A DNA stretch of 63,062 bases, filler included, from Craspedostauros australis (lineage: Eukaryota): NCBI GenBank assembly GCA_030167865.1. It is 13 parts of 13 records of this genome, joined end to end, with 100 filler letters (N's around TTAATTAATTAA, not from the genome) between each part and the next. Parts side by side here need not be neighbours in the genome. Positions count along the whole stretch, not along the records: positions 19,590 to 39,767 come from JALAGF010003142.1; positions 39,868 to 41,619 come from JALAGF010003143.1; positions 41,720 to 43,435 come from JALAGF010003144.1; positions 43,536 to 50,151 come from JALAGF010003146.1; positions 50,252 to 51,566 come from JALAGF010003147.1; 8 more parts are not named here. The stretch is one strand, 5' to 3'. The notes below the pieces were generated by a model. That model was given only the letters and a program-made list of their open reading frames with translations, had not been told where the DNA came from and ran no database searches. Positions 36,401 through 51,666 of the stretch are shown here, piece after piece (position 1 is the first letter of the stretch; each line of letters begins with the position of its first letter). A program made the translations under genes and the position numbers.

Positions 36401-37951
36401 AAGTCAAAACAAAGAAAGCAGACTACGGAACGCCACATCATGTGGAGCGTGGTAACGTTCAAGCAAATGCTACGAATGATCATTGCCACCCGAGATCTGG
36501 AGGGAGATTCGCTGGATGATTCGTACTCCTCTTTCTCCGTGTCCACGTCGTCGTCGGTGTCGTCAGCATCATCGTCGTCGGTGCCATTGTGCGCAGAGAT
36601 GACTGAGCCGCTGTCGACGTCCATCGCGTCGTTGAAGAAAGGCACCGCGTTGGATGAACTTGCGGATGCTCTCACGATGCCCACGAAGAAGGTGCTGTTC
36701 TATACCGACCCCAACAAGATCGACCTGCCGCCGACCGTTGAAAGGCAGATCGAAGAATTCGTCCAGACGATTGCAAACTGCTACCGGTTCAATTCGTTCC
36801 ATTCCTTCACGCATGCTAGTCATGTGATTCAGTCCGTCCAGAAACTACTTTCAAGGATAACCAAGCCAACCGACGAGGAGGAGGATCTCAGCATGAGCGT
36901 CGAGAGCCACGGTGAAAACGACGTTGATCCCAACGACTTCGTCTACTCCATCCGATGCGATCCGCTGACTCGGTTTGCGTGTATCTTCGCCGCGCTCATC
37001 CACGACGTCGATCACATGGGGGTTCCTAACACGGTGTTGGTGGAGAAGAATCACCCAATGGCCGCCTTGTACAAAGGCAGGGCCGTTGCCGAGCAGAACT
37101 CGATCGACTTGGCCTGGAACCTCCTTTTCGAACCTCGATTCAACGAGTTCCGACAATGCTTGCTTTCCACCGAGCAGGAGCTGCGCACGTTCCGAAGCCT
37201 AGTGGTGCAGTCGGTTATCGCCACGGATATCATGGACAAGGATCTGAAGAAGGTTCGTACTGAGCGATGGCAGAAGGCATTCGCGCCGACCTTTGCGCCG
37301 ACCTTTGCACCATGTGTCTCTCCATCGCAGGCATCGACGGCGCTTGAAACGAAGTCTTCCTCGTCGGCGGACCCATCGACGTCAGCAACACCTTCGGCAG
37401 TGCCCAGGTCCATCTCAACGACAGTCTCAGCTTTGGGGTTGCCCGTCACTACCATCTCCACCGTCGCGGCCGATAAGCGCGATGCGAGCAACAGCAGTGA
37501 CACTGCAAGGATCGACAGCAACTCCGATGGCGATCACCTCCACTTGGACTGCCACCAGCATCATCATCATCATCGAAAGAACAGCGAAAGGCAGTACCGG
37601 AACAACCTGAAGGCGACATTGGTGCTCGAGCACTTGATTCAGGCCTCGGACATCGCACACACGATGCAGCACTGGCACATCTACATCAAATGGAACGAAG
37701 CTCTGTTCGATGAGCTGTACAAGGCACACCAAGACGAGAAGAGCTCGAAGGATCCGTCGGAAGGATGGTACGAGGGGGAGATTGGATTCTTCGACTTTTA
37801 CGTCATCCCTCTGGCCAAGAAATTGAAGGACTGCGGCGTGTTTGGGGTCTCGTCGGACGAGTACTTGAACTACGCCATTGCCAACCGGAATGAGTGGGAG
37901 CACAAAGGAGAAGACATCGTGAAACGATACTTGAAGAAGTATAACCCATAG
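33495..37951 (+). CDS. Receptor-type class III nucleotidyl cyclase / cyclic-nucleotide phosphodiesterase fusion (exons 33495-33857, 34094-37951)
   Basis: Phase-0 intron GTAAGT...GCTGAC...CAG. Two TMs flank an extracellular domain. Cyclase motifs: VLFADLAGFT, KVETIGDCY, RFGLHSGPV, FQLFGDTVNTASRIE. PDE motifs: FHSFTHASHV, IHDVDHMG, QASDIAH. Confidence 0.92.
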
Positions 37952-39916
37952 GTGCATGCCTACGAGTGCGAGCAGAGAAGGGTCAGAAGCTGGCCTCGCG
38001 AGATCTTTTCACAGGGGAATGAGAGAGGACACGAAGCCTTGATAGAGAATGCGCGATACAGACAGAGAGAGAGAGAGCAATCGGGAGTGCGCAGAGAGAC
38101 TGCTTGGCTATTCTATAACATTTTTGACATTGTATACATTACTTTGCTTTTCTCCGCCCGTACGAATACGTACGTGGCCCAAATGTTTCCTCTACGGGCA
38201 CGAGCAGCTCGCACACAGAGAAGCATGTCCACAGCACCAGCAGCTTCAAGGAGGTTGTGAATGGTCTTCACCCATCCTTGGATCTTTGGTGCTTACAAGT
38301 AGAAGCATCATGTTCTTGAGTTCCTATCTTGGCTCGTGCTTCACAGGGTGTGATTGCGATGCCAAGGATAGCGTGCTTTGTATAATGTCTACCACCATTC
38401 CCTCGCAGAGTAAAACGCGATCCTTTCCGCACATCTACAACCTCCATTGTGCGTACCTCTACGACTATGGCAGTAAGATGAGAAGCAGGTGCAAACATGG
38501 CAGATCTCGTTGGTGGCGCAGAGGGATGAGAAAGTTGGGAATGTGCGACCTGCAAGCGGCACATCACGGGTGTCGATCCGTGGCAAAGAGAGCACAGCGA
38601 TACATCCCTGTTCCGGAGCGTCGGAGTGCTGGACCCACCAGCTTCACTTCCTCGTCCACTCTGCGACGTGACGTTGTGGGGACGCGTCGTGTAGCGACAA
38701 GGATGCGGCCGCTCCAGAGTAACGCGGTACAGCATAATAGTTCGTAGATTCGATTGGTACAGTGTCTTGCGAGTGAACATGACTGTCGCAGATGGAGCGC
38801 TTCTGTCTCCGCCCCCACGCTGTTGGCGCAAGGGCGAGGCGACATACGGACGAATTGTTCGATTCCCTTTGCTATTTCTTGTGGCGACAGAATTTTGTTG
38901 GGCACGTAATCCGGACACGAAGAACATGAAGCAAGCCGCACATTTCAGAAACTCAATTAAGGGCCATTCACTCGTGAACCGCATTGATGTCAGAATGGAC
39001 ATTTGTGCACGCAGGTTCTCACTTTTTCCCAAATTGTCTCCGGCGCAAAAAGGGTAAGACGCTCGATGATGATGGCACGTTTTGTCTCCCACAGAATGGA
39101 GGTGTTTGCGTGGCTCATAATTTCATAACTGGCGAGGCTGGCGCGCCCCTATCCCGAGTCACGGTCCTAGTCCCGTTAACCGTATCGACTCAATGGATCG
39201 ATATGAGTCGTGTATACTATCCACGTTTCGATCTGGATCTTGCTCTTTTTGTGCAATCGTGCTCTTTACGGTTGTACAGCCTCCAAGTCTTGATATGCTT
39301 GCCTAACTGCTTCGGATGTTCCTTCATATGCTTCCGACTTGCTGGTGTGCCATGTACGCCAGGGTGGCTTTTGATCGTCTATGCATTGCATCTTCCATAC
39401 ATTATTGGTCTTCTTCCTGAATATGCATAGTGCGGATGCGTTGGAGATACTTCAAGACAATTGCAGTCACATCAATATGTTGAATCTGCGACGTGCCAGA
39501 TCACATCAACACAGGGTCACTGATTGTTGATTGACAGGAAGAGCCTTGATGGATGGCTTCAAGACAGCGGCAAGTTGGGTGAAGGACTCCCTAGTCATAC
39601 CAACGAAGTTGTAGAACTCCATAGCATCACCATGTTTGAGAATGCTTGCCAGAAGGTACTAGTGTCACAAGAGAAATTCCAAGCTCTAGTAGTGGCCTCT
39701 GTGCAAAGCAGTAGGCAAGCCGCTGTGGAGGTAGTCAGCGACAGCAAACATGAGAAGATGCTGCTGTNNNNNNNNNNNNNNNNNNNNNNNNNNNNNNNNN
39801 NNNNNNNNNNNTTAATTAATTAANNNNNNNNNNNNNNNNNNNNNNNNNNNNNNNNNNNNNNNNNNNNAACCAATACCCTATTCTACCTACTCTGACTCAA
39901 GCATCCGATCTTCATC

Positions 39917-41288
39917 ATGGTTTCCTTCGGCAAAGCAACTCTGTTCCTCTCGATCATGAGCTCCGTCATGGGCTTCACCTTGGGCGAAGGTGCGCAAAGC
40001 ATTAAGAGTGCTCCAGGCCTGCTGAAGACTGCATGTGCCCAACAACTGCATGGATGATCATCCAACTCACATCTCCGTTTGCACCGACATGCGTCTGCAT
40101 CGTCCATTGTCCATCGCAACTCTCAATGTGTATCCTCCTCCCGTCTCGTCGACCACAATAGAAACTCAAGTGATGATGCAGAAGACCCGCAACCTCAAGG
40201 GTGCCAGCGGCGGCTCCCAATCCAAGGGCTCCAAGAAAGGAGAATTTCCGCCCAATCAACCAGGGGCTGACCCGGAGGCATGGAGGCGCAGCCCCTCTGC
40301 TTGGTACTACGAGCAACTCGGTCAAATTCAAAACAGGGCACTCATCGAGCAACTGGCTGCAGTCACCGTCATTCCTATCGGTATTTCGGACGGCACGCTT
40401 GCCACCTCACTGAACTCGGCTGTTGGTGTCGATGCCTGCGTGGACGGCAATCCAGGGATCGGACGAAACGGAGAATTCACTGCGACGGCTTGCGATACTC
40501 TCAAGAGGCTCATCGAGTTTTGGTCGCTCGATCCTGCCATCGACAACACGCAAGTGGCAAGGATCCAAGTGCGAGGTGTGAAGGGACAACTTCTGGAAAA
40601 TACAGCCTTGCTGAAGGCAACCTTCGCCGGTTCTCCAACCATCACCGACGAACTCATCCTGCAGCTGCAGGCAGGGATCCGGCAGGGGCTGCCAGATGGT
40701 TTCGACAACCCTCTGCTCACGTCCGCCTCGGCTGGTACTGGGTTACTGGCCGACGCAGGGACGATTGTCCAGCCAATTATCGATCCATCCGGCGCCAGGA
40801 CCGTCCTGCAATACTCCACCGCTTCCATCAGTTTTGGAGACGGTTACACGGATTTGTTGGCAGAAACGGGTCTCGCATCAAACTTCTCTATGGAGAGGGC
40901 CATCATCAATCTCTTCCCCTTATTCTTCATGACCGTTGTTGAACCAGTTTCCAGCACAAATCCTCCCGGGTTGGCTCCGGAAACGGCAATCGACAACGAT
41001 TTCCGTACTACCGAACGTGATGCCATCCGCAATGCGTTGGAGGGATACTTTTTTGCTCATATGAAGGGTACCCTCTATTTTGATACCTTCTGTGACATGT
41101 TGGAGCAGCCGCGTGGATCCGGAGTGAGTCGCCTCTGCGGTTTCATCGTCGGCGCAAAGCTTGCTGAGATGGACGGGGAGGTGGTGAATGCGAAGAGGGT
41201 CGTCGAATATGCCAGAGCCAACAGGGAAGGCATTTTGAGCGCCGACCCATCCATCTGCCCAACCCCACCCGGCTGCTTCGATGGTTGA
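39917..41288 (+). CDS. Secreted protein, divergent relative of bacterial-type neutral zinc metallopeptidases (exons 39917-39989, 40162-41288)
   Basis: Signal peptide MVSFGKATLFLSIMSSVMG. A phase-1 GT...TAG intron joins it to a long ORF. Motifs LIEFWSL, GFDNPLLT, ISFGDGY and GYFFAHMKG recalled from that family. No HExxH. Confidence 0.6.
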
Positions 41289-41842
41289 GCTGTCAACCTT
41301 TGCGCACCTTGTCGATGCGAAAGCCATACTCGCGAATGGCCATGTCGGCATCAAACTTAAAACACCATCATGTAGTCGGTACTTAATTCATGGAAGTGAA
41401 CGATCATCGATCTACCCAGAGATCTCATTCATACCTGTACTTGCACTTGCATTTGTACTTGTGAGAGTTGTTGATCGAGGTCATGGTGCAAGCGGAGAGA
41501 GTCCGTGCCGCTTGGTGGAAACACTCGTCGATCGTACCATATCCATGGTGAGTTTTTTCCTTCCTTTGAAGGAAGCTTTCCTAGTGCACCTTCCTTCAAA
41601 GGAAGATCGGAGGGGTCAGNNNNNNNNNNNNNNNNNNNNNNNNNNNNNNNNNNNNNNNNNNNNTTAATTAATTAANNNNNNNNNNNNNNNNNNNNNNNNN
41701 NNNNNNNNNNNNNNNNNNNCCATTTCCCTCCCCCAGCTTCCTCACTACCACCCAGAAGACTACAGTCACTTCAATGCTTCATCAATGCTCTACTCCTGAG
41801 GTTTGAAATGATGGTGTCATATATATCCATGGAGAATTTTTT

Positions 41843-41929
41843 TTGCGTCAGGGTGCAAAAACGCCCATTTTTTGCATCCTGATGCAAGTCACCCAAAGAT
41901 TCTCAATTTGTTGCGTCAGGGTGCAAAAA
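41843..41929. repeat. Three copies of a 19-bp motif TTGCGTCAGGGTGCAAAAA (direct, inverted, direct)
   Basis: 41843-41861 and 41911-41929 are identical. 41869-41887 is an inverted copy with two mismatches. The layout resembles subterminal repeats of a DNA transposon. Confidence 0.7.
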
Positions 41930-44149
41930 ATAAACTCAACGCGGAGAATTAACACGGAGCNAAAAATGTTCTGACCCACTCGAATACTCGCCGAAAAAAT
42001 CATTCAATGTCGTCATTTGTCGCCTGTGCTTTTGAACAAGTACTGTGTGTTTTACCGTGTTGTTTTGTACTGATGGATGCAAATCTTATCTGCGCTCCAC
42101 ATCCAGCAACATTAGTATCGAAACAACTCTCTCAATGTTGCAATGCATACACTAGTGATGCTATGTGTTGTAAATTGCATTCGTTGCCTCTTGCATACTC
42201 TCCTGCTTGCGTAGAGGAGGAAAGGAGTTAGATGTGTTCTTATCAGGCTCCGTCGTCCTCCTTGCTGTTTTGAACCTACCATTCTCCTTGCAAGCTTTCC
42301 TGCCTATGTTTGCTACTTCTGTGTTCAAAGCATGCCTCCAGTCACCCATCAGTTCTGTGTTATCTGTTGTGCTGGTTGGGGTACATAGGTTATGCCTTCT
42401 GCACGACGATTCGCCTCCGTATATTGATCATCAACCACTTGTTTGTCACGCAAGTACAAGGCTCTCGTTCATTCCGTATCGCTTCAAATCAAAAGGGATG
42501 ATCCTTCATTTGTCCTCACACTTGTGCTTACCAGATTTGGACTTCCAACACTCAGCGCATCCCCACCGCAAAACAGGATCTCACCCAAGAGTTTGCACCA
42601 ATGAAGACATGGATGTTCTTCCTTTGCGGAGTTCAGTTCCAAGACCACATGAGGCATACATACAAGAGAAGCATATCATGTTTGCCGGTATGTGCATCCG
42701 CACCATTGTCAAGTGATCTCCCTTTTGTCGACAGAAACTGATGCGTGGGAAGGCATCTGCATTCTTGGCGGCCATATTTGTTGCCAGAATCTGGGTGAAT
42801 CCGATTGCCATCCTGCTGTCACACATGTTCATCTTCTTATTCACATTAATAAGAACAATAATAACTCACTGAATGACCTCCGTGTACAAAGTTACCTTGG
42901 AGACTTTAGTGTTGGCCACCTACAATGAGCCTAAGGCCGATTGCGCTGAAATGACTTCCCTGTGTCTCTCACTACCTATCCTACCACAGTTTGTCAGCAC
43001 CATGGGCCATCAAACATACCACACTGGGCATCCGGCTTGCGCCTGCTATGCTCTTTCACTAATATCATGCACTGATCCGTGCTCCGCGCCGTTGCTTGTT
43101 CGCCCTTCCTCCAACGCCCCGTATAACCGTCGTTTGCACAGACCCGTTTCTTGTCGTTGCCCTCTAACCGCGTCTGTGAGTCCTTGGCTTACTCCTCTTC
43201 TCTCTTGCATCGTCGCACGTTGTTTCTGCCTGACCGTCTGGGCAGTTATCCACACTGCTTGCACATGCTTCACCCACCGGCTCTGAGCATCCACTGGTCA
43301 CCTCACCACCTCCACTCTCACTACGTTCGTCATGAGAGCTTGGTCTGTGGCCAGGATACCTCCACCTCCGATTGCCCATTGCTTGTTCACCCTGGCTCAT
43401 ACTTCTTTTTCCTGGGCTGCCGCGCGCTTGCGTTCNNNNNNNNNNNNNNNNNNNNNNNNNNNNNNNNNNNNNNNNNNNNTTAATTAATTAANNNNNNNNN
43501 NNNNNNNNNNNNNNNNNNNNNNNNNNNNNNNNNNNCTGTGGCAGCCGAGGTGCCTCCATCAGCATCTGTCATCATACGGAAGTACGTATGCCAACAAGCG
43601 AGTTTGCAAAAGCTGAACAAAACAAAGCCAACTAAAAATACGCAAAAATACTAACTTCGACCAATTCGCGCAGTCATTATTTGTATTTTGGCACATTTCT
43701 GACAGCTGCATTATCCAAAACATAAGAAAATTAACAATTATGAGCGCTTTCGAACACCCGATGTGACGTCACGACACAGAATTGCGGGAAGACATCCACG
43801 AACAGAGGGGAGGGACAGAACGCATCGATGATAAAAACCTGTCGGATCGACACACAGAATGGTATCGCATTCTGCTGTCGTGGTACCTGGCACTGTCAGA
43901 GACCAGTGGCGAGGAGGTGAGTTTCGAAGGAAGGAAGATTCACTAAAAACAGGCAGTTTGGTTACCGCAACCCCCACTTTTGATGACGTCGTTGGTGTCT
44001 CAACACATGTCGCAAAAAAGATAAGTGGAAATCATTTCGGAACGGAGGAATAGGTTAAAACCATAGTGATAGTGAAAAGTGACATGTTCTCGAGAACTCT
44101 CAAAGAACTTGATGAAAGTCCCGCATTCGTATGCTACGTCTGGCGACAT

Positions 44150-45271
44150 TCAAATTGGTTTGTTCTTCTCTGGAGAATGCGGCTCCTTGGCCAGAACGAG
44201 GCCAGGAACTCTGCCGCCCAAGAGGTAGCTCGCCGACATGGTGATGCAAAATGGCAGGGTCAAGCACGGCGCGCCCACGGCACCGAACATCGTCTTGAAG
44301 GCACCGAACAGACCCGCCGTCGCTGCGGCGCCACCCGCGCTCAGCACCATGGTGGCTGGGGAATGGCAGAAGAAGACTGCCGTGCCCATGCTCGTGAGGC
44401 AGGAATTGAATCCCCACAATCCCATCGCCACCTCGGATGCATCGGCGCCGCACAGCAGGAATCCCACCAACGACCCCACCGTGCTGCCCATGACCGCGTG
44501 CATTGCCAGCTTGGGCGAGTAATCGGCGATGACGTACGTGAGGATGGCACCCGTCATGGACGATTCGACGACGAAGATCTGGCTGATGCCCTTGAGGGGT
44601 GATAGCAGAAGGCCTGCGAACGACGTGGTCGCAACGGCAGCATCTGCGGTTGCCGACAAGGGTTGCGTCCGCAACAAGTTGGTCAGCGTGACAAAGTTGA
44701 AGGCCAGCGTCCACTGCGGGACCTTCATGGTGGACAACGCCACCGCGCAGAACGGCGTCGCCGCAGCCCCGATGACCGTGAACGTGGTGGCGGCCAGGAG
44801 GGAAGACGGGCCGAAGACGGAGGCGGCGCAGCCCACCAAGCAACCGTTGTATCCCATCAGCCCATTCGCGATGGCGGTTTTATCCAGCCCAGATCGTGTC
44901 GCCGTCTCGTTCGCCGTGACGGTCCCCAGAGCCGCGAGCATCGCCAAGGATGGATCGCCGACCGCCAACCCGAGCAGAATTCCGGCACCGCAATGCGGCG
45001 AATTCAAGAAGATGACCTGGCCGACGCCGCGGGCGTGGGCATCGATCTGAGGTGGGAATTTGAGCTCGTCATCTTCCTTTTGTGGGTTTGGGGTCGAGGA
45101 AGTGAAGGCTCTTGCGATGCTTCGTGGGTTGAGCTGAGATGACGACGAGGAAAACGACGACGGCACCAACAACCGACGGTGAGATGGCTGCTGCCCTACT
45201 CGTCCAATTCCGCGGATCACGGCGCGGCTTGGCCTCATACTCGTAGCATGACGGAGAGACGAAGCGATCAT
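44150..45271 (-). CDS. Urea transporter (UT/SLC14 family) with probable mitochondrial presequence
   Basis: Duplicated UT signatures RGVGQVIFLNSP / KGISQIFVVES and GLMGYNGCL / GLWGFNSCL; TLAF/TLPF. N-terminal ~60 aa is Arg/Ser-rich with no acidic residues. Confidence 0.9.
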   Translation of the reverse strand: MIASSLRHATSMRPSRAVIRGIGRVGQQPSHRRLLVPSSFSSSSSQLNPRSIARAFTSSTPNPQKEDDELKFPPQIDAHARGVGQVIFLNSPHCGAGILLGLAVGDPSLAMLAALGTVTANETATRSGLDKTAIANGLMGYNGCLVGCAASVFGPSSLLAATTFTVIGAAATPFCAVALSTMKVPQWTLAFNFVTLTNLLRTQPLSATADAAVATTSFAGLLLSPLKGISQIFVVESSMTGAILTYVIADYSPKLAMHAVMGSTVGSLVGFLLCGADASEVAMGLWGFNSCLTSMGTAVFFCHSPATMVLSAGGAAATAGLFGAFKTMFGAVGAPCLTLPFCITMSASYLLGGRVPGLVLAKEPHSPEKNKPI

Positions 45272-45649
45272 TCTGTTTTCTGTCGGATTGTCCTTCTTTG
45301 TCTGTTACCCGGATTATGTCTTCAGCAGAGTGCTGTGCAGGTGTTGTGGAGGACACACCTGATGAATGAAGTTGATGTGTCGAGTTTGCGCTCTCCCATT
45401 CGCCCAGGAGTACGAGTACGAGTATAAGTAGTATGTCCTCGTGCTTGTAGTCCCTCCGACAACGGGAGCCAAGAGGAGACGTCTGCGGATTGCGGAGTAG
45501 GGATCGCACCGAACAAAGAACAGATGAGGTGCTCGGTGTCTGTCTTCCCATTCATTTGTGGGAACGACGTCGAGACAAAAAATATCTTTCGCGATTTGAT
45601 GTTCTTGTCTCATCCATACTCTATCAAATGAGAATAGAACAAGGATGGC

Positions 45650-46060
45650 CCTGATCTTCGGATTCACGCCTCCCTCGCACTTGCCCAACAGACACCTCAC
45701 GAGATCCAAGCAACCACTTGCGCATGCAGCATGCAGCGCAGTGTTGCCATAGGTGTCCTGGGTGTTGATGTCAACTACACCATTGATGCTGGTCCCACCT
45801 GGCCCGCGGCGTATTTTACGACATCCAAATGGCCCTGACGACATGCACAGTGAAACGGCGCTTCGCCTTTGGTACCCTCCATGGCGAGATCTGCACCGAG
45901 TGATTCTACCAACGCGGTCACAACGTCAATGTGGCCCTCAAAGCACGCATCGTGAAGAGCATTCTTGCAGGATGTATCTTGGAAGTCCATGTCACTTTCC
46001 TGCAATTGCACCAACCACGCCATGGCATCGATGGTGTACGTCCTCCAAAGGCCATCAAGT
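45650..46060 (-). pseudogene. Ankyrin-repeat gene fragment, frameshifted
   Basis: NALHDACFEGHIDVVTALV and APFHCACRQGHLDVVKY lie in one frame; GNTALHAACASGCLDLVRCLL lies in another. Confidence 0.8.
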
Positions 46061-46224
46061 CGAAATTGTCTAGTTTCTAATCATGGAGGATTGTCAATAA
46101 CGACTACATGGACTACATTCAGTCCTTCCAAGAACCAGCAATTCTTGAGAACTCTCTGAGTGGAATCCGACACCCTCTGGTGGGAACTGACAGGGCGCAG
46201 CAAAGACAACTACCGCTACACTCA

Positions 46225-49258
<3,034 letters not shown>

Positions 49259-49579
49259 TGTACGTAGTACTAAAGTCTGTATTGGCAAGATGATACATGC
49301 GGCATCTTTGCAGTCCGCTGCTTCGTCCAACTCTTCCTTCCAATATGCACATCATCGTTTGGTACGAGTATGGTAGAAGACGTACACGTCATGTGATGCA
49401 TCAGCACGCAATTTCCATGTCTGCAATGGAAAACCAGTCTCTCGAGCAGAAGCACTGTCGCATGCATCACGTGTACTTTTATTGGTAATGTTACTCGTAT
49501 GTACGTCCACGAATGGAACTGCCCCCCGTGCATGAGTACACACCAACCCATCCCGTCGCCTTTCCAGTACCCTCGTCCA

Positions 49580-50151
49580 CTATCCATCGAACTTGAATGC
49601 GATCGCACCCTTTGCCATCTTCTCGTGCCGGCTGCGGCGTTCGTCGAGCGTCGACATCATGCTGGGCAGCAATTTCCCTGCATCAACTGGGTACGACACG
49701 TACGGCATTGATTTGTGACCCTCCGAGATCTTTCGTTTCGCAAATTTCTCCAATCTGGTTGCCACACAGTACAGACGGTTCTTACCGAATGGAATGTCGA
49801 GAAGCTCGTGGTACACTCTGTCCTTGTTCTCTCTTACCTTGTCGTTGTCGATGGCAGAAGATCCGAAATAGTCCTTGGATTGGATACAGATGGTGTACAG
49901 TGCGTGATCAACCAACGTTCCATTCCTCCACTTGGCACCGATGAAGGAGACGTATCCATCTGCCAAGTTGCTGCTGCCCTCGGCCACAGTTGCGAGGGCC
50001 GGAATAAATACTCCGGGTGGTACAATCATCTTCATCCTTCTGATGTCTGCAAGTCCACCCACCAAACCCTTGTCGACCGCAAGGATTTCAGTCTTATCTC
50101 GTAATGCTGCTTCAACATCGAAGCTATCCAAGTTGGCCACCTTGCCAAGAT
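49580..50151 (-). CDS. Hypothetical protein, C-terminal fragment
   Basis: Open from the spacer to a stop (~190 aa) with globular-protein-like composition. No motif recognised. Confidence 0.4.
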
Positions 50152-50251
50152 NNNNNNNNNNNNNNNNNNNNNNNNNNNNNNNNNNNNNNNNNNNNTTAAT
50201 TAATTAANNNNNNNNNNNNNNNNNNNNNNNNNNNNNNNNNNNNNNNNNNNN

Positions 50252-51566
50252 CCGCATGAGTTGTGTGGTTCTGGCAAGGGTCTGTTTGATCACGTGCGTG
50301 GGCAGGTACCCGAGGTACGGTCGGATCTTGTGGAGGTCGATGGACTTCCATTTAGCTCGGAACGGGAACCCTTGGTGGCTGTACTCGGTCATAGCTTCCG
50401 CAGGGTGTCGGTCCATGGTGTCCATGGGATTGTCCTTTCCCGGATCATCGATCCCGACGGGGTTCTCGCATTTGGTGTGCCCGTGGTATTCAGGTACGCT
50501 TCGCGGGTCTCCTCGGAGGGTGTCAGCGCGCGTTGCCTTGGTCACGCCGATTTCGTTGGGGATGCGAAATGTTTCCCGATTTCTCTGGAACGCCGGTTCA
50601 GATCCTACCGAGTGTAAGGATGAGATGACGCTGTCTGCCTCGTCATCCGGATCTGATACCTTTGTCGATGGTACGTTGGTCGACTCGGTGTATCCCTTTT
50701 GGTTCGTTCCTACCGCGTTGGCTTCGCGATCGATGCCCAGCTCCCTGTATAGGTGGTCGATGTCTCCCGCGGAGAGGTTGTCCACCATGTCGAAAAGGGT
50801 GCCTTGGATCGAGATGGCCGTGTCGGTGGCCGATTGCGCGAATGTTACCGTGTCAATCGCGTGTGTCATTCCGATGAGTTCCTCGAGGCTTAGAGTGTCA
50901 AGGAATGCGTCCACCTTGGGGTACTTCTCGTGTACCCGGTTGGAATCTCCTGTGGCGTGCTCATCTGGGTGATGGGCGTTGGGGTCCATGGGTTCTCGTC
51001 CTTTCATGGGATCATCCGGGATACCGTCTATGGCCTGGTGTGTCTTGGGTTCCGTGGGATCCTTCGATACGTTGTGGGCGCTTGGGTCCATTGCTCCAGC
51101 GTCATACGGTGCATCATGTTGGTCATCCCAGTCGACAACCTTGTCTCCTCCAATTGGGTCCCTGGTAAGGTAGCAACCCATGGGCACGTTGCATATGTGT
51201 CCTCCTTGGTGATCTGAAGGGTTCCATCCTTGCTTTGGGGTGATGTCATAGGTGGGCAGATCCTCATCGTCCTCCATGATGGGAAAAACGTTGAACGTCA
51301 TCAGCGCGTCTCGCATCTCCAAGTTGATCGTCGTGTCTTCGTCAGGCATCAGGCATTGTCGGCCTGTGCCTGGTGTCGAGAACGATGCCCGGTGTTCCGA
51401 CGAAACCGTATCGAGGACGGCTCCACTGGCTCGAATTTGGTGGTCGGAGAGCAGCGTCACCCGACTGTCGACGTTCAGAGCTGCTTCGTAGATCCGGAGG
51501 ATCACTTCGTTGCCTTCTCTGGTCCTGGCCTTGATACTTGCGTCTACCACCGCGAGGTTGTTCTTC
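50252..51566 (-). CDS. Ty1/copia (CoDi-like) Pol fragment: post-protease region, acidic linker, pre-integrase
   Basis: ILRIYEAA...TLLSDHQIRASG and IRPYLGYLPTHVIKQTLARTTQ resemble recalled diatom copia motifs. The ORF spans the whole contig. Confidence 0.7.
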
Positions 51567-51666
51567 NNNNNNNNNNNNNNNNNNNNNNNNNNNNNNNNNN
51601 NNNNNNNNNNTTAATTAATTAANNNNNNNNNNNNNNNNNNNNNNNNNNNNNNNNNNNNNNNNNNNN

